Source: Synergistales bacterium
GTDB lineage: Bacteria; Synergistota; Synergistia; Synergistales; JAFGMB01
Assembly (NCBI GenBank): GCA_963666205.1
Contig: OY762654.1
Coordinates: forward strand, 832,001 to 896,000
Length of the DNA: 64,000 bases
Direction: 5' to 3'
Part shown: one piece after another, positions 1-9,027 of the stretch
Layout of the letters: each line of letters opens with the position of its first letter
Numbering within the stretch: the first letter of the stretch is position 1
Notes under the pieces: model-generated
Database searches by the model: none
Told to the model about the DNA's origin: nothing
What the model saw: only the letters and a program-made list of their open reading frames with translations
Program-made: the position numbers and the translations under genes

Positions 1-309
1 TATCCAGAGGGAAGTGAAGGGAAACAACCTGAGAGTTCCTATCCTGAACAGAAGAGCAAGAAGCATAGCAAGGGCTATCCGCTGTCTCCCGTAAAGAGAA
101 TAAAGCCTTACGATTATTTCCAGCACTAAGGATATAATTACAGCCGAAAGAAATGAAAAGATAATCGCTCCAGGATAGGCAATATTTACAGCTATTAATC
201 CGGGCGTGATTATCCCTCCACAGGACCACCCTGTCTTATGATAATAAAGCATACCCCAGAAAATCCCTGTCCCCAGGACAAAAAGTTCCATATAAGACAT
301 CCCTGTCAT
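1..309 (-). CDS. pgsC: PgsC/CapC poly-gamma-glutamate biosynthesis membrane protein (3' end beyond window edge)
   Basis: Not in the ORF track. Manual translation gives MTGMSYMELFVLGTGIFWGMLYYHKTGWSCGGIITPGLIAV...LYGRQRIALAMLL, with the GGxIxPG and LYGR motifs of CapC. Its ATG overlaps the pgsB stop (ATGA). Confidence 0.85.
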   Translation of the reverse strand, partial: MTGMSYMELFVLGTGIFWGMLYYHKTGWSCGGIITPGLIAVNIAYPGAIIFSFLSAVIISLVLEIIVRLYSLYGRQRIALAMLLALLFRIGTLRLFPFTSLWI

Positions 310-1298
310 TCCTCCATTCCAAGAACAAACTCCAGGGGCAGACCGGCTACATTCCCGCAGCCAAAGACCCGCATCCCCAGACTGGAGCTCGTTAAAAGAT
401 CAGACAAGTTTTTAGAACGCCTGTAATATTTCAGAGTCCATGGGAAAAAAGGATAATCCCCGATCACACATATGGATCCCCAGGGATTGTCTAGAATCCA
501 CTTCTTAAAACTCTTCAACCTGCTGGATCTATCTCTCCTATGGTTATAAAGAACCATAGTTTCTTCAAATGGCCACTCCAGGAGCCTGAATAATTCCCCG
601 GTACTTTCAATATCATTGGCAGAGAAGGCAAAGGCAAGTTCACAGCTTCCCCTACTTATTACTCTGAAGTCTGCTATGTCCGGAGGGGTATTCCTCATAG
701 CTCTTTCAGCTATATCCATATCAAGGTGAAGGAACTCACATAACCTGGATGCGGTAAGAATGTTCTTCTCTCTGAAATCAAGGATATTTTTCCCAGACCT
801 GGATTTCATGATTTTACAATTCTTGAAGTCCAGGACCTCCAGCAGGAATTTTTTATTTTCAAGGCCAGGTCCCAATATTACCCTCGCCCCAGGCCCGATA
901 CCCCTTAAAAGGGCAAGGGCTGCATCTATCTCATCTGGTCCCCATGCTTCCTGGTGATCAGGATGGATATTCGAAAGAAGAGTTATCCCTGGAGAAAACC
1001 ATTTTGAGGCAAGGGACTGGAGATCAGGTGAAACAGCGCTGTTCTCCATCACAACGGCTTGAACATCTTCGGGAATAGAAGAAAGCCACCATTTCATCTC
1101 CTCCACATGACCTCCGCTGCTACGAAGGATCTGGACTTCTCCATCAGGTTTCAGTTCCCTCGGAAGAACACCGGTTATTCGTCCATAAGCCTTTATTCCA
1201 TTTGCCAAAAGAGCTGAATGGACAAGCCTTACCAGAGAGCTTTTGCCTCTGCTCCCGGTAATCATGATTTTAATGGGATATTCTCTATTTACTTCCAT
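306..1298 (-). CDS. pgsB: PgsB/CapB-like poly-gamma-glutamate synthase (Mur/FolC-type amide ligase)
   Basis: P-loop ITGSRGKSS, ENSAVSPDLQ, NIHPDHQEAWGP, AFSANDIEST, RRDR and GCGN; translationally coupled to pgsC. Confidence 0.8.
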   Translation of the reverse strand: MEVNREYPIKIMITGSRGKSSLVRLVHSALLANGIKAYGRITGVLPRELKPDGEVQILRSSGGHVEEMKWWLSSIPEDVQAVVMENSAVSPDLQSLASKWFSPGITLLSNIHPDHQEAWGPDEIDAALALLRGIGPGARVILGPGLENKKFLLEVLDFKNCKIMKSRSGKNILDFREKNILTASRLCEFLHLDMDIAERAMRNTPPDIADFRVISRGSCELAFAFSANDIESTGELFRLLEWPFEETMVLYNHRRDRSSRLKSFKKWILDNPWGSICVIGDYPFFPWTLKYYRRSKNLSDLLTSSSLGMRVFGCGNVAGLPLEFVLGMEE

Positions 1299-1335
1299 GA
1301 AGACGATTTTAACATCTTTCCAGAGAAGAAACCTG

Positions 1336-1383
1336 CCAGGAGAAAAGAGGAGAGCCCTTAAGGGCTCTCCTCTTTTCTCCTGG
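1336..1383. terminator. Perfect 48-nt palindrome (24-bp arms) between ggt and pgsB; terminator or RNA-stabilising hairpin
   Basis: ccaggagaaaagaggagagccctt/aagggctctcctcttttctcctgg. Confidence 0.65.
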
Positions 1384-1430
1384 TGATCTGCTGACCAGGA
1401 ATACTCCGGTTACAAAATCCTTTACGGGAT

Positions 1431-3155
1431 TTAATACCCTACAGGTACACCAAGACGTCTTCCATCAGCTCCACCATCCATCGTTCCGCTTTCAACATCA
1501 AAAAGGATACCCTGTGCTGTACCGAAATAGCCGCCTCTGGGTCTGACTTCCATTTTATGACCTCTCCACTCAAGGAATTTAACAGTCATCGGATCCATTG
1601 TATCCTCGACTCTGAGGGGACCTCTTTCACCATTGGAGGAATAACAGAATATCCTGGGCTGTTCAATTGCTTCATCCATGGTCATTCCGAAATCAACGAC
1701 ATTCATTACTATCTGGCTCACCGCTGTGATTATTCTCCATGCCCCAGCTGCTCCTATAGTCATAAAGGGACGGCCTTCAGGATCAAGGACTATACTGGGA
1801 GACATTGAAGAAAGAGGTCTTTTACCTGGTTCCGGAGCGTTAACGCTTTCCGGATTCTGCGCGAAATCATCCATCTGGTTGTTCAGCACTATACCATATT
1901 CCGGTTCCACTATTCCCGAACCAAAGAAATAATTTACGGTATTTGTAGAGGCGACTATGTTACCTTCCTTGTCGACAACGGAGAAATGACTGGTGGACAG
2001 GTGTATGTCATCTGTACCTCCAGTATAGGACGAAGCGACGGAACTCTCATTATATGGCCATGGATCACCCGGCTGCACTTCGACCATTACTTTATTTTTC
2101 CCGATCCTGGAAGCGAGCATCTTTGCATATTCCTTACTGGTCAAGCCTGTAAGAGGAACATTTACAAAAGCCGTATCAGCCATATATTTCTGTCTATCGG
2201 CAAAAACCAGTTTCATACTTTCTGCAAGATAATGAAGATATTCTGGTGAATTATGTTTCAACCGGCTTACAGGAAAGTTCTCCATTATGTTGAGAAGCTG
2301 GACGATGTGAGTACCTCCGCTTGAAGCGGGGGGAGTTGAATAAATACCATATCCTCTGTAAGTCCCATGTACGGGTTCACGAAGAAGGACCTTGTAGTTG
2401 CGGAGATCTTCCATGGACATATTCCCGCCAGCTTTATTAACAGCTTTGACAACAGCTTCACCTATGGGACCATTATAGAATGCTTCCGGGCCTTTTTCAG
2501 CAATCATTCTAAAGGCCTTCGCGATACCGGGAGATTTAAGGATCTCTCCTTCTGAAACCGGAAGTCCGTCCTTCAGATAAACGTTGTTCTCGCTGTACTT
2601 TACGAGTTTATCGAAATTATCTGTGATGATCTGAGTCTGCATGGGGTGGACCTTGAAACCTTCCTCTGCAAGCCTTATGGCTGGTTCGGCTACCTCGCCG
2701 AAACTCATGGTTCCATATTTCTGAAGTGCTGTCCAGATACCCATAAGTTCTCCAGGTACTCCTACAGCCCTGCCCCCAAGCTGTGACCACTTCTCTTCTT
2801 TGGATTTTTCTGAGGCATACATATCTTTTGTGGAAGAGCCCGGAGCCACCTCACGATAATCCAGTTCTACAACTTCACCGGTTTTTGCAAACCTTATGAC
2901 CATAAACCCGCCTCCGCCTATACCAGATGCATTGGGCTCCGCCACATTGAGAGCAAGCATGGTAGCACAGGCCGCATCCACCGCGTTACCGCCTTTCTTC
3001 AGTATCTCTACTCCGGCTTCTGAAGCCAGCTCATGGGCCGAGGAAACCATACCGTTACGAGCAGTAACATCATTTACTTCTAAAGCAACGGCCATACCGG
3101 TAAATCCAAGCAGGATCACAGTAACAACAAGACAAAGTATCTTTTTCATCTTCAT
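1431..3155 (-). CDS. ggt: Gamma-glutamyltransferase (Ntn hydrolase, exported)
   Basis: GGNAVDAA, SGIGGGGF, DYRE, autocatalytic TSHFSVVD..GN, NNQMDDF, PGKRPLSSMSP; signal peptide MKMKKILCLVV. Start at 3155 or 3149. Confidence 0.95.
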   Translation of the reverse strand: MKMKKILCLVVTVILLGFTGMAVALEVNDVTARNGMVSSAHELASEAGVEILKKGGNAVDAACATMLALNVAEPNASGIGGGGFMVIRFAKTGEVVELDYREVAPGSSTKDMYASEKSKEEKWSQLGGRAVGVPGELMGIWTALQKYGTMSFGEVAEPAIRLAEEGFKVHPMQTQIITDNFDKLVKYSENNVYLKDGLPVSEGEILKSPGIAKAFRMIAEKGPEAFYNGPIGEAVVKAVNKAGGNMSMEDLRNYKVLLREPVHGTYRGYGIYSTPPASSGGTHIVQLLNIMENFPVSRLKHNSPEYLHYLAESMKLVFADRQKYMADTAFVNVPLTGLTSKEYAKMLASRIGKNKVMVEVQPGDPWPYNESSVASSYTGGTDDIHLSTSHFSVVDKEGNIVASTNTVNYFFGSGIVEPEYGIVLNNQMDDFAQNPESVNAPEPGKRPLSSMSPSIVLDPEGRPFMTIGAAGAWRIITAVSQIVMNVVDFGMTMDEAIEQPRIFCYSSNGERGPLRVEDTMDPMTVKFLEWRGHKMEVRPRGGYFGTAQGILFDVESGTMDGGADGRRLGVPVGY

Positions 3156-3168
3156 TCCCCCTCTTTGA

Positions 3169-4308
3169 TTATATTTCACCATTTTTAAGGAAAGAACCCA
3201 CACCCTTATTGATGACATCATCATATTCAGGTATCCCCTCCACCATCACTCCCTTCTCTTCATCTATAAATTCCAGATTTTCGAGAAAAAGTTTGACTGC
3301 CGCAGTATGCCTTGCAACCCGTAGGGAAAGGGGTTGATCCCCTTCATAGGGTATATATAGTTTGCCCAGTTCAAATGCTTTGGAATAGCATTTATCTTCT
3401 CCGGTAACCACAAGATCACCATTTGTCCGTCCCCTTAGCCGCCCCTGGCTTGGATTACCTGTTTCCATAAGAATGGGCATAGTATCAGTAAAATCTCCCC
3501 ACTCCCTATGGCTAAGGCCGTGAAGATTTTTAGGAGATGGCTCAAGCCTGATGGGAATTCCCATAGCCTCGATCTCCATCGTTACCATTGCCGCTAGCTC
3601 CATACTTTTTTCATGGGCAACTATGGCGTTTACCACAGGATATTCAGGAGAAGCTTCATGAAGATCAAAGGCAAGGTCCACATTTTCCTTCTTGATCATT
3701 TCAACTATTGCATAGGCCATTTTTTCAGTTATGGAACCGTCAGGTCGCCCCGGGTAACACCTGTTCAGATTGCTTCTTTCTTTTCCCGACAGGTTCTGAC
3801 CTGATGTGGGATGAATGTAGATATCCGGGTCCGGCCACTGGTAGATGGGATTTGATAACCTGTTGCCATAGGGAAACCACCTCTTACTTCCATCGGAAAG
3901 GTCAATGAAGTATCCCTGGGGATGGCCTTCCTGGGGGCCATTGTGACTGAAACCCATTATGTTGGCAGTCGGGATAACGATAAGTCTTCCTCTGTGTACT
4001 TTTGCATTCTCAAGAAATAGAACTCCTGTAAGGTTGCTTGCCGGTTCGTTCGGGTGAGTTCCACAAAGCAGAAGTACTGTACCTCCCTTTTCCGGACCTT
4101 CCTGAATAAACACCGGCTGATCAGCAGGTGTTCCTTTTATACCCGAGAAATAATCCGACAATTTTTTCTGCTGAAATTCCTCCACCGGATAGATAGTCTC
4201 CGCTATCCACATGGATGTAAAACTTTCAGCAGCAGCGAAACATACAAGGCAGGATAGCCCCAGCAGTATAAAGGCGGTTAACCTGTTTCCCTTAATTTGA
4301 TATTTCAT
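3169..4308 (-). CDS. Exported M14-type Zn carboxypeptidase (succinylglutamate desuccinylase/aspartoacylase family)
   Basis: GTHPNE (HxxE), NLNR, DLHE; N-terminal signal-like segment. Confidence 0.8.
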   Translation of the reverse strand: MKYQIKGNRLTAFILLGLSCLVCFAAAESFTSMWIAETIYPVEEFQQKKLSDYFSGIKGTPADQPVFIQEGPEKGGTVLLLCGTHPNEPASNLTGVLFLENAKVHRGRLIVIPTANIMGFSHNGPQEGHPQGYFIDLSDGSKRWFPYGNRLSNPIYQWPDPDIYIHPTSGQNLSGKERSNLNRCYPGRPDGSITEKMAYAIVEMIKKENVDLAFDLHEASPEYPVVNAIVAHEKSMELAAMVTMEIEAMGIPIRLEPSPKNLHGLSHREWGDFTDTMPILMETGNPSQGRLRGRTNGDLVVTGEDKCYSKAFELGKLYIPYEGDQPLSLRVARHTAAVKLFLENLEFIDEEKGVMVEGIPEYDDVINKGVGSFLKNGEI

Positions 4309-4317
4309 AAGAACACC

Positions 4318-4461
4318 TCATTTAAACATCAGGACCCGCAGGATCAGGGGTATAACTACAAGGGCAGCAGTGACCTGTTTCCAGAAATCCTTTTCTTTAA
4401 ACAGGCACCTGATAACCAGGGCAAGAACAATGAACACTATACCTCTATAGATAAGGGTCAT
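4318..4461 (-). CDS. 47-aa two-helix membrane microprotein
   Basis: GGAGG RBS then ATG. MTLIYRGIVFIVLALVIRCLFKEKDFWKQVTAALVVIPLILRVLMFK* fills the gap between two operon genes. Below the ORF-track cutoff. Confidence 0.75.
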   Translation of the reverse strand: MTLIYRGIVFIVLALVIRCLFKEKDFWKQVTAALVVIPLILRVLMFK

Positions 4462-4473
4462 TTATCCGACCTC

Positions 4474-5766
4474 CTAATAAGGGAGAATGGAAGCGATGTA
4501 GTTTGCTCCCAATATAACTGCTATACCCCAGATGGCTGTAACGATCCCGGGGATAAGACAATATTTCAGGACCTTGAAGTAATTCTTCTCTCCTACTACC
4601 TGCGCGGCAAAGATGCCAGCTAGAGCAGTAGGCGGCATAAGGTCTCCAAGACCTGCTATAAGGCTCAGAGCAGAACCCACCATGATCTCGTTTCTTCCAA
4701 GCAGTGCGAGAAGAAAAGGTACTCCCAGCACGGAAGCGGATCCAAAGGCAGATACGGCTCCAAAAAGGGGCATGGACGTGGCTATTCCCACATAGAGAAG
4801 CCATGCCGGAAGAGCAAGGGCTGAAACAACAACAAAACCTCTTACTCCGATGAGGGTCATTACCTGGATGAACATTCCCACACCCATAAGAATACCCATA
4901 ACCGGCAAAGCATCATTGACAGCTTCAGTGGCAGCTTCCACGGGATTCCATTGGCTCCCCGAAAGAAGACCGCATAGTGAAGCTATAAGGAAATCCAGAG
5001 GCATTCCCAGAGATGGCCAGAATGCAGGGAATGTCCGTTCACCCACCATAAGTACGATAAGAATAAGTATGGGAAGGAATAGTCGAAAAGAGAGTTTTGT
5101 CCTTTCCATTCTCTTCAGTTCATCCTCAAGAGCCTTTTCGTCCATATTTCTTGATCTGAAATGAGGATAGACCAGAAGAAGGGAAGAAAAAATGGCAAGG
5201 GGGATGGTGCAGACGAGAAGAGGCAGACCAAAACCCACATAGGGCATATCTATGCCGCCTCCTATTATCATTGCAGGAATATTGATTGGAGGAGCTATCA
5301 TTCCATAAATGGCACCCATGGCTATAACTGCCGCTGTTTTCACCGCCGGAACTCCAAGTCGAATAAGCACGGGAGCAACAAGGGCACCGGTCGTCAGCAC
5401 TGCTGCGGTTGAAGAACCTGTTATCATCCCTGGTATCATGATCAGAAGCATGATACCAAGACTTAGAAGCAGGGGAACCCTGCGAAATTTCCGGATAACC
5501 CAGGCCGCTATCGCCTCCAGAAGGCCTATTTTCTGGACAGTCTTCATAAAGATCATCGCCGTAGCTATAATAAGGATAGTATCAAGGTATCCGAAAGTAC
5601 CTTCTACCAGATGCCTGAGTGGAATGCCCGATCCGGACAGAAGGGCACCAACAATAGCCGCCAGGGACATAGCCACAGCAATGGGAAGACGGAAGCCGAA
5701 AGCTCCGATGGCAAAACTCCCCACCATTGCTATGGTATAAAAACCTTCAGGCCAGAACCAGTCCAT
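4474..5766 (-). CDS. TRAP DctM-like / ion transporter superfamily permease
   Basis: About 11-12 hydrophobic segments; PGMITGSSTA, GMIAPPINIP, GDLMPPTAL; start MDWFW at 5766. Confidence 0.8.
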   Translation of the reverse strand: MDWFWPEGFYTIAMVGSFAIGAFGFRLPIAVAMSLAAIVGALLSGSGIPLRHLVEGTFGYLDTILIIATAMIFMKTVQKIGLLEAIAAWVIRKFRRVPLLLSLGIMLLIMIPGMITGSSTAAVLTTGALVAPVLIRLGVPAVKTAAVIAMGAIYGMIAPPINIPAMIIGGGIDMPYVGFGLPLLVCTIPLAIFSSLLLVYPHFRSRNMDEKALEDELKRMERTKLSFRLFLPILILIVLMVGERTFPAFWPSLGMPLDFLIASLCGLLSGSQWNPVEAATEAVNDALPVMGILMGVGMFIQVMTLIGVRGFVVVSALALPAWLLYVGIATSMPLFGAVSAFGSASVLGVPFLLALLGRNEIMVGSALSLIAGLGDLMPPTALAGIFAAQVVGEKNYFKVLKYCLIPGIVTAIWGIAVILGANYIASILPY

Positions 5767-5771
5767 AGTCT

Positions 5772-6329
5772 TTACTCTACCGTTACTCCCCATCCGCCAA
5801 GAACTTCCTTAAGAGGTTCAGAAGTTGATCTGACGTTGGGTACCATCCTTATCCCTATATCCTTGCCTTCTATAAGGCTGTCAAAAAGACCATCCTCGTT
5901 GGCACCTTCAACCACAATAAGTTCATCAGCAAAAGGAACAGCGGTTACAATAAAGGCATCTGAGAGCTTGCCTCTCCTTCCTGCTCCGCCAACGTGCATT
6001 ATCAACACCCTGATCCCTTTGTCCCTGGCCGATGAAAGAAGGTCTGTGGCTCTCTGGTTTTCCTGGTCCTTGTCTATCCCCGCAGCTCCAAGTCCCTTGG
6101 AACTGCCTCCAACAACAGCTATAAGGATCTCCTTTCCTTCGAGCCCCTCAGCCTTAAGCAGGTTATCTGTATCGGGAGATACTTTCATTTTCTTAAGGAC
6201 GACCTTAACCATCATTGCATCAGGGCTCTGCCCTATGGTTGTAAGTGCTATATTGCCGGCCCAGGCACTGCCGGCAATTAATAACAGCGTAATCGCCAAC
6301 AATCCGAACATAATTCTTTTTGTTCTCAT
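5772..6329 (-). CDS. Exported DUF6305-like protein
   Basis: Signal peptide; TTIGQSPD, VGGSSKGLGAAGID and HVGG..RRG.LSD motifs. Confidence 0.7.
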   Translation of the reverse strand: MRTKRIMFGLLAITLLLIAGSAWAGNIALTTIGQSPDAMMVKVVLKKMKVSPDTDNLLKAEGLEGKEILIAVVGGSSKGLGAAGIDKDQENQRATDLLSSARDKGIRVLIMHVGGAGRRGKLSDAFIVTAVPFADELIVVEGANEDGLFDSLIEGKDIGIRMVPNVRSTSEPLKEVLGGWGVTVE

Positions 6330-6530
6330 TCAGAACGCCTCCTTGTTAAACATTAACTACGATCAAAGTCTATAATGTGTCGGTAAATTGTCCATATTTT
6401 TTATCATTTATTTTATGAACCTGTGCTGCACATAAAGTACTGTCGAATAGATAAAGGAGACTCACCAGAGTCCCCTTTATGTTTGAATAAGGCATATTGA
6501 AAAACTTCGTAAAAACATGGTAACCCGGAG

Positions 6531-7340
6531 TTATCCCAAGGCAACATCCAGTATCATCATAATGGTAAATCCCAACATAACACCCGCTGTAGCAAGATCT
6601 CCGTTGCCGCTGTGCTGCGATTCGGGAATGACCTCCTCTACGACAACAAAGATCATGGCACCCGCGGCATAGGCAAGAGCATAAGGGAGAAGAGGTCTTG
6701 AAACAATTACAAGTGCAGCCCCTATAACTCCAAAGATCGGCTCGACTATTGCAGAAAGCTGACCATACCAGAGACTTTTCCCCGCAGAGAGACCTTCCCT
6801 TCTCAATGGCATGGATACTGCGAGTCCTTCAGGGAAATTCTGGATACCTATTCCAATAGCAAGAGCAATTGCACCGGATAGAGTGGCTGAAGGGATACCG
6901 TAAGCCACGGCCCCGAAGGCAACTCCCACCGCCATCCCCTCGGGGATATTGTGGAGTGTAATGGCCAGTACAAGCAGAGTTGTCCTTTTCCACGCGGTCG
7001 GGACTCCCTCGGCATCTTCCATGGGGAGCCCCAGATGAAGGTGCGGAAGAAATCTGTCTACAAGCCTGAGGGAAGCACCGCCTAGGAGGAATCCGATAGC
7101 TGCAGGGAACCAGGGTATTGCACCCATCTGTTCAGACATTTCTATGGCTGGAGCAAGAAGGGACCAGTAACTTGCGGCTATCATAACTCCAGCCGCAAAA
7201 CCAAGCATTACATCAAGCATCTTCTGACTTGGTTCTTTACGTACAAAAACGAGAGATGCACCTAACGCTGTCATTGCCCATGTGAAGAGAGTGCCTAAGA
7301 AGGCCTGCACAACAGGATGAAGATCGGCAAAGGCTTCCAT
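6531..7340 (-). CDS. zupT: ZIP-family metal transporter (ZupT/GufA)
   Basis: [29 protein letters not shown]; likely start MEAFADL at 7340. Confidence 0.9.
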   Translation of the reverse strand: MEAFADLHPVVQAFLGTLFTWAMTALGASLVFVRKEPSQKMLDVMLGFAAGVMIAASYWSLLAPAIEMSEQMGAIPWFPAAIGFLLGGASLRLVDRFLPHLHLGLPMEDAEGVPTAWKRTTLLVLAITLHNIPEGMAVGVAFGAVAYGIPSATLSGAIALAIGIGIQNFPEGLAVSMPLRREGLSAGKSLWYGQLSAIVEPIFGVIGAALVIVSRPLLPYALAYAAGAMIFVVVEEVIPESQHSGNGDLATAGVMLGFTIMMILDVALG

Positions 7341-7469
7341 GACGAAATAATCCTCCAGATATTTTTTTGAAAAACAAAAACACTCATTGAACATAATAAT
7401 ACATTAAATCTATATCACGTGTCATTTTTTTTCAAATTGTCTCCGGCTTTCAGAAAAATCAGGAACTAT

Positions 7470-7498
7470 TTGACAATCAGTCACCTAAAGAATAAAAT
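7470..7498 (+). promoter_or_regulatory. Sigma70-type promoter of rlmN
   Basis: TTGACA-N17-TAAAAT. Confidence 0.55.
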
Positions 7499-7621
7499 CT
7501 GGTCTCCCATTCAATGGTAAAGATATATAATGAAGAACATTATGATTCAGATTCATATACTTCAATCTTTGATCATTTCCGATCCGGGAGAATAAAGAGA
7601 AGACAGGCAGGTGACTAGATA

Positions 7622-8653
7622 ATGACCGATATAATAAATACCCTAGATCTCGATTATGAGGAATGGGTCAAACTATGCACAGATAAGTGGAAACTTCCCC
7701 GTTACAGGGCAGATCAGATCTGTCAATGGATCTACCAGAAAAAGGTCTTTAATATTCCCGACATGACCAATCTTTCCAAGGAACTGAGAAATGACCTGAC
7801 ATTAGAGATGTTCATTCTTCCTCCTTCTTTAATGAAAGAAGAAGTTTCTTCCATCGATGGTACTACCAAATATCTATGGTCTCTTCTTGACGGAGAAACC
7901 ATAGAATCAGTTGTCATTTTTCACGGGAACCATACCACTGCATGCATTTCCAGCCAGGTAGGATGCCCTCTCGGGTGCGGCTTCTGCGCCACAGGTCAAT
8001 CAGGTTTTGCGAGAAACCTTTCTGTTGCAGAGATAGTGGGACAATTCCTCGCTATGGAAAAAAGAGTAGGAAGGGATATCAATAATATCGTTTACATGGG
8101 AATGGGAGAACCCCTCCTTAATATCGATAATGTACTTAAGAGTATAAAAATACTTAATCACCCGAAACAGCGAAAGCTGGGCATCCGTAACATCTCAGTT
8201 TCAACATCAGGGATAATTCCTGGTATAGAGACCATCGCTGAATTTGACCTTCCTGTCAGATTGTCAATATCCCTTCATGCACCCACTGACAGGATCAGAA
8301 GCAGACTCATGCCTGTGAATAACAAGTATCCTCTTAATCCCCTGATAGGATCACTGAAGAATTACCAGGAAAAAACAGGAGAGCGCATCACTATTGAATA
8401 TATTATGATCGACGGGATCAATGACAGTAAAGATATGGCCTACGAACTCATCTCTCTCTTATCCGGCCTTGATGTCTTCGTCAACCTGATCCCCTGTAAC
8501 CCCGTAAATGACAAGTATCGACGATCTTCACCGGAAACAGTAAAAGCCTTTTCCCAAATACTGAAGAAACTTGAGATTGAAGTCGAGATAAGGAAAGAAA
8601 AAGGTACAGACATAAATGCTGCCTGCGGCCAATTAAGAAAAACACTCAGGTAA
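7622..8653 (+). CDS. rlmN: 23S rRNA m2A2503 / tRNA radical-SAM methyltransferase
   Basis: CISSQVGCPLGCGFC, MGMGEP, ISLHA, AACGQL. Confidence 0.95.
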   Translation: MTDIINTLDLDYEEWVKLCTDKWKLPRYRADQICQWIYQKKVFNIPDMTNLSKELRNDLTLEMFILPPSLMKEEVSSIDGTTKYLWSLLDGETIESVVIFHGNHTTACISSQVGCPLGCGFCATGQSGFARNLSVAEIVGQFLAMEKRVGRDINNIVYMGMGEPLLNIDNVLKSIKILNHPKQRKLGIRNISVSTSGIIPGIETIAEFDLPVRLSISLHAPTDRIRSRLMPVNNKYPLNPLIGSLKNYQEKTGERITIEYIMIDGINDSKDMAYELISLLSGLDVFVNLIPCNPVNDKYRRSSPETVKAFSQILKKLEIEVEIRKEKGTDINAACGQLRKTLR

Positions 8654-8702
8654 AAAAAGAAAGATGGGGGATAACTCCCATCTTTCTTTTTGATACAGAC
8701 TA

Positions 8703-8720
8703 TGTTAGACTTGACTAACA
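8703..8720. promoter_or_regulatory. DtxR/MntR-like operator upstream of feoAB
   Basis: Palindrome TGTTAG-acttga-CTAACA overlapping a TTGACT -35-like hexamer. Confidence 0.55.
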
Positions 8721-8769
8721 AAATGATAAGAGTTATTTATTTCTTTTAACAAGGAAAAGAGATGAAAAT

Positions 8770-9006
8770 ATGACAACCACCCTTCAACTTCTACCGAGCG
8801 GATACAAGGCCACCATAATTTCGATTCCCGGTGGAGAATGTCTTCATCGCCTTGAAGCTCTGGGACTGAGAAAGGGAAAAATCATATCGAAAGTATCGGG
8901 TATGCCCTTCAAAGGACCCGTTACCATAATTCTGGATGGTAGACAGATAGCCATAGGATGCAAAATCTCCGGAAAGATCCAGGTAGCACCCATTGAAAAA
9001 GAATAA
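8770..9006 (+). CDS. feoA: Ferrous iron transport protein A
   Basis: RLEALGLRKG, GPV, IAIG; directly upstream of feoB. Confidence 0.9.
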   Translation: MTTTLQLLPSGYKATIISIPGGECLHRLEALGLRKGKIISKVSGMPFKGPVTIILDGRQIAIGCKISGKIQVAPIEKE

Positions 9007-9027
9007 CAGAAAAAGGTGAAACCTTAA

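Noticed and set aside
5611-6375. 254-aa plus-strand ORF, and similar ORFs at 8791-9513, 21178-21921 and 25843-26574
   Set aside because: Each lies opposite well-supported genes
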